A DNA stretch of 64,000 nt. Origin: Candidatus Thorarchaeota archaeon (lineage in GTDB: Archaea > Asgardarchaeota > Thorarchaeia > Thorarchaeales > Thorarchaeaceae). Positions 57,236 through 64,000 of this stretch are shown one piece after another. How positions within the stretch are numbered: the stretch's first letter is position 1; each line of letters begins with the position of its first letter. Location of the stretch: the NCBI GenBank assembly GCA_048882325.1, contig JBHLRS010000004.1, forward strand, positions 70,425 through 134,424, read 5' to 3'. The position numbers and the translations under genes are program-made. The notes under the pieces are model-generated. The model ran no database searches. It was not told the origin of the DNA and was given only the letters and a program-made list of their open reading frames with translations.

Positions 57236-57319
57236 CCATTTCGTTTTTCACCTCGGTTTATTTTGGGTCAGTTTGGCCAAATCGTTGTTTGTACTTAAGG
57301 TTTGCCAGCTGTGTGAAAA

Positions 57320-57808
57320 TTACTCCATTTCAGGCATTTCAAGACCCATACTTCTGAGCTTACCAAAACCTTGGCTGAAAAGACTCATGTGATGTCGAAT
57401 GTTTTCCTCTGCATCCGCAAGGTCTGTGAGGTATGGAACTATTTCCTCTAAGCCTCCCAACTCGTATTCTTCCTTCATTGAGTGTATTGTGTCACTCATT
57501 CCTAACATATCATCAGACAGTACTTGGGTAAGATCTATCATTGACTGCACAACCTCACGAGCTGAAGGGTCTGGCATATATGGAAGAAAATCTTCGAATG
57601 CAATACCAGCATTCCTGCAACGCTCAACCCTACCAGGAATGATTTCATCATACATTGACTGCATCCAGCTTATCCGTTCCTTACTGGTGAGATCCCTCAG
57701 ATTCTCTAGTGAAAAATAACCTGTGTATGGTCCAAATTCAGAGCTCTCATAGTATATCCAATCTTCAAAAGCCTTGAGAACTCGATGCCATCCTTCTTTC
57801 TCTGACAT
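57320..57808 (-). CDS. Hypothetical protein
   Basis: 162-aa acidic helical ORF with an AGGTGG SD. Confidence 0.65.
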   Translation of the reverse strand: MSEKEGWHRVLKAFEDWIYYESSEFGPYTGYFSLENLRDLTSKERISWMQSMYDEIIPGRVERCRNAGIAFEDFLPYMPDPSAREVVQSMIDLTQVLSDDMLGMSDTIHSMKEEYELGGLEEIVPYLTDLADAEENIRHHMSLFSQGFGKLRSMGLEMPEME

Positions 57809-57866
57809 TGGTCCACCTAAAACAGTGTTATCAATTGAGGTTATAAACTAGAGCGATTATTATAAA

Positions 57867-58547
57867 ATGACAATGTCAACAGAGATGCTGAAGATACTAT
57901 CTGAAGTTCTAAAACGTACTAGGGAAGATAGTGAGATATTACCAAGTAGCATCCTGAAGAAAGAGAATTTGGAAGAGCTGGGACTTCTACAAACAGAGGA
58001 TAAGTTCGTCATCAATAGAACTGAGCGAATCGACCTCGCAAAACGAGCAATCCAAATTGGCGCAAGAATTGGTGACATTGTCGAATTGCTGACATGGAAG
58101 GACTTTGAGGGGTTTGTAGCCGCTATCCTCATATCGAACAACTACAAGTGTGTCGAGAGCTTTCGAAGGCGAGGTAACTCCTTGATGCACGGTATGGAGA
58201 TTGATGTTATCGGAGTCAAGGGGATGAACATCATTGCAATCGATGCCAAGATGTGGGGGGCTCGAACTGGAAAAGCATCAGCACTCAAAACAGCGGCGGA
58301 GAAACAGAAGAACAGAACACAAGAACTGAGTGTGGAGTTAGACAGACTAGCTGATAAACTTGGGAGTCTTGAGGGAAGAGAGTACCAACTGTTTCCAGTA
58401 ATTGTGACTTGGCTCGTTGAGGAGGTAGAGCTTCATGAAGGTGTACCAGTTGTACCTATTTTCAAACTAAACTCGTTCATTCTGAACCTACATCAATATG
58501 AAGACCTGATTGCATCCTGTTCAGGAAATTTCAATTCATCAGACTGA
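57867..58547 (+). CDS. Mrr/NERD-like PD-(D/E)xK endonuclease-domain protein
   Basis: WKDFEGFVA, EIDV and IDAKMW. Confidence 0.8.
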   Translation: MTMSTEMLKILSEVLKRTREDSEILPSSILKKENLEELGLLQTEDKFVINRTERIDLAKRAIQIGARIGDIVELLTWKDFEGFVAAILISNNYKCVESFRRRGNSLMHGMEIDVIGVKGMNIIAIDAKMWGARTGKASALKTAAEKQKNRTQELSVELDRLADKLGSLEGREYQLFPVIVTWLVEEVELHEGVPVVPIFKLNSFILNLHQYEDLIASCSGNFNSSD

Positions 58548-59551
58548 AAAAGCGTGTTTGTGACAGTGTCCATTAGAATCTCATCAATCTCCAACCCAAA
58601 GAGATCATGTGCCTCTGCAATAGCGGGGTAAGTAAGAAGGTTCTTGCGAACAGCTTTTGACATTGATTTCACACGGTCTTCAGGAGTTGTCGGATTATTT
58701 GTCTCAAATTCTTGTGCAGCCTGTCTGATTTCCTCAATCGCCTGTCTCAGAAACTTGCTTGATATCGCCGCCGGGTTCAAAGAAGCCGTACCTACTCCAC
58801 AGGATGCTCCATTTCCTTCAAAGTTACCATGTGCAACAATGAGGATTCTCTTGGCATTGTCTTTGGATTGCAACCAATTTTGGAAAAATCTATTCAATTG
58901 CCTAGTTTCATCTTCCATCCGAGTCAAAGGGGGGATATAACCACCCAGTGTCTGAATAGACATTGGTATTCCTTTGTTGGTATAAGGTGGACGAACTCTG
59001 GAGTCTGAGCAGATGAAGACGAGAACAGATGTGTCAACTTCATCAGGTAATCTGACTCTCCGGAGAAATTGGATTTCAGACTCATAATCTCGACCTTTGC
59101 CATGAACAATTATTTTCAGGTCAGCTGTATTGTAGTTCACCTGAAAAGCAATGATTGGCATAGATTGCAAATCTGGGTAAAGCGAGATGCTCTCTATGGT
59201 TTTTCGAATAACCTCTAAAGGTTCATCAAAATCAAATGTTACTATTACTCCTTTTTTGTTCGGAAATTCGTGATTATATGCTGCAGGCCACTTGAGCAGA
59301 GTCGGCGACAAATCTGGAGATAGCAAAGCGTGTCCTGGTACTCGAGTAGCATGAAAAGCATCTCCTATGCTCATGTTGAATAACTGAAGATCTTGTCCAC
59401 TCCTGTTAATTGGGGAGATAAGGAGGTATCTGGGAGATTGGCCCTGAGTAGCAAGCTCCATCCTTGCCCTGAGCACCGGATCCTGCTTTCGCTCGTTGGC
59501 GATTCTTCTTGAGATTTGCACGAATTCGTTTATCATATCTGACACTCGCAA
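58493..59551 (-). CDS. Atypical beta-carbonic-anhydrase-like protein with two domains
   Basis: C-terminal half has CSDSRV, H and C ligands; N-terminal half has a beta-CA-like GQSP segment without ligands. Confidence 0.65.
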   Translation of the reverse strand: MRVSDMINEFVQISRRIANERKQDPVLRARMELATQGQSPRYLLISPINRSGQDLQLFNMSIGDAFHATRVPGHALLSPDLSPTLLKWPAAYNHEFPNKKGVIVTFDFDEPLEVIRKTIESISLYPDLQSMPIIAFQVNYNTADLKIIVHGKGRDYESEIQFLRRVRLPDEVDTSVLVFICSDSRVRPPYTNKGIPMSIQTLGGYIPPLTRMEDETRQLNRFFQNWLQSKDNAKRILIVAHGNFEGNGASCGVGTASLNPAAISSKFLRQAIEEIRQAAQEFETNNPTTPEDRVKSMSKAVRKNLLTYPAIAEAHDLFGLEIDEILMDTVTNTLFQSDELKFPEQDAIRSSY

Positions 59552-59579
59552 GTTGAAGCGTATGATTATTCTAGCTTAT

Positions 59580-60356
59580 CTAGTGTGCGACAGACCAAGT
59601 GAAGTTTTCGGCTTTCTTGGTCACGATGATTCTCTGCAAAGAATTCTTTGAAAATGCTAAATATAGTGAATTGAGACTGAATAACGAATATGGAGGTTTC
59701 CATGAGAGGTTCAAGCGAGATTCATAGACACTCATGGGAACGCCGATATCAGCGACGAAGAGAGCGCCTGTCAGATTCTGGGGGACTGTAAGCAGTCCAC
59801 TCTTCATGAATGCAATGGTCATGGTTGCGTAAGGACTAAACAAACTCTCCGATTGACCAGTCGTCGAGTCTAGACCTGAAGGTACATCAAGTGATACGAT
59901 CTTTGACTCGCTTCGAAGAAATGAAAACACCTCCTCAGAAACAGAGTCCTCCTTCTGTTGGTATCCATAACCAAGATACGAGTCGATAATTAGATAGGGA
60001 TTAGCCTTGTTTGGTTTGGGGAGACCCTCGAATATTCGAATGTTTAAAGCTCTCGCACGCCTGAGCTGTTCAGTTGGAATAGCTCTTAGTGTGTCTATAC
60101 CTCGAGGGAGATAGATAACTACATCGTGTCCCCAGGATTTGAGATGCCGTGCAGCCACTATACCTCCACCACCATTGTTACCAGGACCTGCAATCACCTT
60201 GAAGAAACCCTTGCCAGCAGGCGCAAGATCAACACACAATCTAGCAAGATTGTTACCTGCAAGTTCCATCATCAGGTCAACTGAAATCTGCAATTCCTCC
60301 ATCATTATTCGGTCTACTTCTTCCATCTGTAAAGTAGTAATACCAGGCAGTCCCAT
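59580..60356 (-). CDS. nnrE: NAD(P)H-hydrate epimerase (YjeF_N)
   Basis: MMELAG, GPGNNGGGG.VAARHL, DVPSG and ADIG. Confidence 0.9.
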   Translation of the reverse strand: MGLPGITTLQMEEVDRIMMEELQISVDLMMELAGNNLARLCVDLAPAGKGFFKVIAGPGNNGGGGIVAARHLKSWGHDVVIYLPRGIDTLRAIPTEQLRRARALNIRIFEGLPKPNKANPYLIIDSYLGYGYQQKEDSVSEEVFSFLRSESKIVSLDVPSGLDSTTGQSESLFSPYATMTIAFMKSGLLTVPQNLTGALFVADIGVPMSVYESRLNLSWKPPYSLFSLNSLYLAFSKNSLQRIIVTKKAENFTWSVAH

Positions 60357-60465
60357 GAGACAGCCTATCCAATCATGCTATTTGGGTCTGTCTACACAGC
60401 GTGGCATTTCAGTGGATAGCTCTTTTAACGGAACACCAAATCTCATGGTATGGAAACAGCAGGTG

Positions 60466-61368
60466 ATGTCCATGTCTAGTCTGAAATTTGGAGTTGTTTA
60501 TCACGAGAATGTCAACAACTGGGCAACGAAGAGTCTCATCGAAGCTATACAGGCAAAAGGACACATCTCAAAGCCATTCAGACTCCCAGATATTTCCGCT
60601 CAACTCCCCAACAAGTTCATGTATCTGGAAGAAGAGGATCTATCAGATTTGGACGGTGTGCTAGTAAGGACCATTGGGTTTGGTACAGGAGACCAGATAA
60701 CATTCCGAATCAGTCTTCTCGAGCATTTTGAGGACGCAGGAATCTATGTGATGAACCCAGCATATTCGTTCCGTAGAGCAAAGGACAAGTATGCGACCTT
60801 GACAGCTCTGCATAAAGCAGGAATCAAAGTACCAAGAACATACATAGGAGAGAATCTTGAGGCGGCAATTGACTTTGTGGATGAGGTGGGGGATGTGGTC
60901 GTCAAACCCCTTATTGGCGCAAGGGGAATGGGAGCAATTAGGGCTGAACATCGTGAACTCACCTACCGTGCAATGAAGTTCATTCATCAGTTGGGACAAG
61001 TGTTGTATGTTCAAGAGTTAGTTGAGAAACCAAACAGAGACATTCGCGCATTCGTGATTGGTGGGACACTGATCGGTGCAATGTATCGATATCTTCCAGA
61101 GGGAGTAGAGGGAGAGTGGAGAACCAATGTTCATGGAGGCGGTAAGGCAGAATTGACTATTCTGACAGCTGAATATGAAGAATGTGCGATTAAAGCTGCA
61201 GAAATTTTGAAACTGGATTATACCGGTGTTGACATCATCGAGTCGCCGGATGGTCCTTGTGTCATTGAGGCGAACGCCGCTCCATCATGGAGTGCACTAT
61301 CACGAGTGACAGGTATAGATATTGCTTCATTAATTATTGATAGACTTGTGGAGCAATCAAGCCGCTAG
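60466..61368 (+). CDS. RimK/LysX/MptN-family ATP-grasp ligase
   Basis: DKY, VPRT, KPLIG..G.G, DIRAFV, WRTNVHGG, GVDI and EAN; start reassigned after the AGGTGA SD. Confidence 0.88.
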   Translation: MSMSSLKFGVVYHENVNNWATKSLIEAIQAKGHISKPFRLPDISAQLPNKFMYLEEEDLSDLDGVLVRTIGFGTGDQITFRISLLEHFEDAGIYVMNPAYSFRRAKDKYATLTALHKAGIKVPRTYIGENLEAAIDFVDEVGDVVVKPLIGARGMGAIRAEHRELTYRAMKFIHQLGQVLYVQELVEKPNRDIRAFVIGGTLIGAMYRYLPEGVEGEWRTNVHGGGKAELTILTAEYEECAIKAAEILKLDYTGVDIIESPDGPCVIEANAAPSWSALSRVTGIDIASLIIDRLVEQSSR

Positions 61369-62097
61369 TCGTGCTTTCAAGACCTCTTCGACTTCTTCAT
61401 TGCTCAAAATGCTGAATGTTTGAGTCTTGACGTCAATCTTCCCGATCTCAATTGTCCGAGCCTGTTCACCTGGACTCACTTCAGCTCTATCTGTCGTTTT
61501 CAAAAGGCCTTCGATAGCCAAATCGAGAGCTCCATCGAGGTTGATAGAATCTTTATACTTCTCAGCAAAGAAATCGCGGACCACATCTGCTTCCTTACCG
61601 ATTGCGGCTGCTTTCCATCCCCAGAATGACCCAGAGGGATCGGTTGTGAACAACTGGGGACCATGATCATCAACCCCTGCAACAAGTAGGGATACTCCAT
61701 AAGGGCGAACTCCACCGTACTGAGTATGCATCTGTTTTGTATCACAGATGTTTACTACTAGAGAGGATATAGTTATGGGCTCATCATAGCTTAGTCTGTT
61801 GATTTGAGCTTGAACGCGGGCCTGATCGATGAGCTTTCGGGCATCAGCATGCAAGCCAGCAATTGCTGTTCCCACATGGTCATCGATAAGTAGAATCTTT
61901 TTGAGTGAGTCAGGGTCTGCCATTGGATGAGGAGAGCGCTTCTCTCCAACCAAGACTACTCCATTCGTGGCTTTCACTCCGACTGCAAGTGGTCCATGAC
62001 GTACCGCTTCAGTAGCATATTCTACTTGATACAATCGCCCTTCAGGGCTAAAGACTGTAATTGCTCTATCATAACCCATTGACTGTGTGGGAAACAT
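61357..62097 (-). CDS. psmA: Proteasome alpha subunit
   Basis: GYDRAITVFSPEGRLYQVEYA, RPYGVSLL and DPSG. Confidence 0.97.
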   Translation of the reverse strand: MFPTQSMGYDRAITVFSPEGRLYQVEYATEAVRHGPLAVGVKATNGVVLVGEKRSPHPMADPDSLKKILLIDDHVGTAIAGLHADARKLIDQARVQAQINRLSYDEPITISSLVVNICDTKQMHTQYGGVRPYGVSLLVAGVDDHGPQLFTTDPSGSFWGWKAAAIGKEADVVRDFFAEKYKDSINLDGALDLAIEGLLKTTDRAEVSPGEQARTIEIGKIDVKTQTFSILSNEEVEEVLKARLAA

Positions 62098-62206
62098 GTT
62101 TACAACAACACTCCAGCAATATCTGACCTAGCAACTGGTGTGGTCAAATCAACGTCATTCCTAGGGCGTTTAAAAGGTTGTCTGTGTGTTCGCCATATGC
62201 AGAGTC

Positions 62207-62917
62207 TTAACGCCATTCTAAACAAAGGCTGACACCTTTGGGAATTTGGTCGACGATGGAATTAGGTTCATCAATCATGGGTTCAGTAAATTGTTCTACA
62301 TCAGATTTCCTTGTACCTGCAGACTTGATGAAGTTCTGTAAAGTATAGTCTCCATTGAAACCCAGGTCAATCAAGAGTTGGGATATTCGGACAATGTCGG
62401 ATGGTCTAGTGAGACCCCCAACGTATGTTGTTCTTGGCCAGAAAGCAACTTCTGAGTCTAGGATGAGTTTGATGCTCTTCTCGACTCGGGGCCATGGGTC
62501 ATTCATCACTCTGGTCATGTCACGATATTGTTCAGGTGTTGTTTTGATATCAAACCAAATGGAATCAAGGAAAGGAATGCTCTTCTCTAAAATATCAGGA
62601 ACGGTTCCTTGAGTATTAAGATTGACATGCTTATCCTCCTCAGAGTGTAGATCCTTGAGAAGGTCAGGTAGATCCTTCTGAATAGTGGGTTCACCCCCAG
62701 TGATACAATATCCATCTGAAAGGTTACCACGAAGTTGCTGTACAATATCTCCAATTGCCATTTCTTCCCCGGAATTGATAGGAATGATTTCAGCATTCTG
62801 ACAGTACGGACAGTCCAAATTACAGCCTGCGGTGAAGAGTACAGTGACAGGAATTCCTGGTACGTCAACAAGACTGATGTCTATAATAGATGCCACACGC
62901 ATTTCTATCAAGTCCAC
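62207..62917 (-). CDS. nrdG: Anaerobic ribonucleotide reductase activating-like radical SAM protein
   Basis: SLVDVPG, GCNLDCPYCQN, TGGEPT, DIK and RTT. Confidence 0.8.
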   Translation of the reverse strand: MDLIEMRVASIIDISLVDVPGIPVTVLFTAGCNLDCPYCQNAEIIPINSGEEMAIGDIVQQLRGNLSDGYCITGGEPTIQKDLPDLLKDLHSEEDKHVNLNTQGTVPDILEKSIPFLDSIWFDIKTTPEQYRDMTRVMNDPWPRVEKSIKLILDSEVAFWPRTTYVGGLTRPSDIVRISQLLIDLGFNGDYTLQNFIKSAGTRKSDVEQFTEPMIDEPNSIVDQIPKGVSLCLEWR

Positions 62918-63038
62918 TTGTTTCCCTAGTATCCTTGGTTATAATTTCAACCCATACAAGCTAATATTCGAACAGTATTACTAGATTTCATGAAGCTTTT
63001 TTCTAGAATATTCTTAAGAAAAATTCCACCCCGATTAG

Positions 63039-63332
63039 GTGGGGACCGTGCATATGACAATGGAGAACAAATGTATCTCTAGAGCCGACATTCTACGTAG
63101 CACACTGTTTCACATCCAAATCAAACAGTGTCAGTATATCGACAACTTCCCAGAAGCAGTCACGACGATCATAAATAATGCTGTGGGAAAGAAAAGACTC
63201 AAGAAGTACAGCGAGATAAAGAACAAGCTTTACCGCATTAAGACTAACTTCTTCACCATTAACAAAGGTAAGATAAAGAAGAAGGATTTCTTCGAAGGCC
63301 TTTACGAACGACTAGAGAACAGAATTAGGTAG
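63039..63332 (+). CDS. Small basic hypothetical protein
   Basis: 97-aa Lys-rich ORF filling the gap between annotated genes. Confidence 0.45.
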   Translation: MGTVHMTMENKCISRADILRSTLFHIQIKQCQYIDNFPEAVTTIINNAVGKKRLKKYSEIKNKLYRIKTNFFTINKGKIKKKDFFEGLYERLENRIR

Positions 63333-63343
63333 AATACGATTAT

Positions 63344-64000
63344 CTACCGTGCTTTACGGGGTTTGGCTCTTCTAAGGTTGACAATAAACTTGGAGCCCAT
63401 AGCTGGTTTGCCGATTACTCGGTCATGCACCTCAATGGTTCCTCCATATTTTCGGATCATCTGAGAAACAAGTGTAATTCCTACTCCACCCCCATGTTTG
63501 CGTTCTTTGAACAGTGTCTTCTTCCTCATATCACTAAGACCAGGTCCATCATCAGCAATTATCAAACTGCACATGTTTTCTTTGGCTTCACAAGTGACCC
63601 ATACTTGTTTCTCTTCCTTGGGATTGTGACGTGCTGCATTCTCGAGAAGGTTCCAAATCATTTCTCCCAGAAGAACATCTGCCTCTACTAAGAAGCTCTT
63701 TTTCAGACCCTTCACCTGAACCTTTGCACCATATACACGCTCTAAGACTTTGATTTTCTCTTTCAGAACTGGAATTGCGTCAATACGAGAGAGTGGGATA
63801 TATCGAATCTGAGCCGCTCGTTTCACCTTAGTTATCAGTCTATTGCATCTTTCTACAGCATCTAAGATGTCTTTCCTTGCATCATCAACATAGGACGGAG
63901 GAACCTCTTCCTCAAGAAGCCCACTACTAGTCATAATCACTTGAAGTTGGTTTGCAATATCATGTGAGAGGAGATCAAGATAGAACTGAACTGCATCTTC
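63344..64000 (-). CDS. Sensor histidine kinase, C-terminal part (5' end outside the window)
   Basis: Frame open to the window edge: H-box FYLDLLSHDIANQLQ, N-box NLLENA, DDGPG and GGVG. Confidence 0.9.
   Translation of the reverse strand, partial: EDAVQFYLDLLSHDIANQLQVIMTSSGLLEEEVPPSYVDDARKDILDAVERCNRLITKVKRAAQIRYIPLSRIDAIPVLKEKIKVLERVYGAKVQVKGLKKSFLVEADVLLGEMIWNLLENAARHNPKEEKQVWVTCEAKENMCSLIIADDGPGLSDMRKKTLFKERKHGGGVGITLVSQMIRKYGGTIEVHDRVIGKPAMGSKFIVNLRRAKPRKAR

Noticed and set aside
57867-58547. Restriction-modification or defence system
   Set aside because: A lone PD-(D/E)xK protein among housekeeping genes with no methyltransferase or other defence genes nearby.
60139-60465. Long N-terminal extension of the ATP-grasp ligase in the ORF track
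   Set aside because: It overlaps nnrE antisense; SD and homology place the start near 60466.
1-64000. Numerous short antisense or overlapping ORFs in the track; tRNA, rRNA and CRISPR arrays
   Set aside because: The shadow ORFs overlap well-supported genes and lack motifs. No cloverleaf, rRNA-like or regularly spaced repeat sequence was seen by eye; a tRNAscan/Infernal run would be needed to exclude them formally.

Overview
Gene-dense archaeal chromosome segment, most likely an Asgard archaeon and probably Thorarchaeia-like. This is an inference from the longin-domain protein, Rab-like protein, proteasome alpha and PAC2, archaeal DtdA, CdrS-like RHH, GGTGA/GAGG Shine-Dalgarno motifs and frequent GTG/TTG starts. 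No rRNA, tRNA, CRISPR array or mobile element was recognised. The first 10 kb is housekeeping and eukaryote-signature genes. About 10.7-38.6 kb is a lipid/glycerolipid catabolism region: an ACAD-SCP2-MaoC fusion, ALDH, a glpABC + alkyl-DHAP-synthase-like + CCG + radical SAM + GNAT operon, an FGGY kinase, duplicated nitroreductase/HAD/ECH modules, thiolase-DUF35 and SCP2. The 39-56 kb stretch holds many uncharacterised Cys-rich and coiled-coil genes and a Rab-like pseudo-GTPase with a polylysine tail. The top finding is missed by the ORF track. The + strand ORF 55990-56694 extends upstream in frame to ATG 55891 through one TGA (55963-55965) in a Y-C-x-x-C-x-x-U motif. A hairpin with the geometry of a eukaryote-type SECIS (AUGA, 11 nt, AAA loop, GA) sits at 56684-56732 and overlaps the real stop codon. 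This points to a selenoprotein from a family I do not recognise among known selenoproteins.
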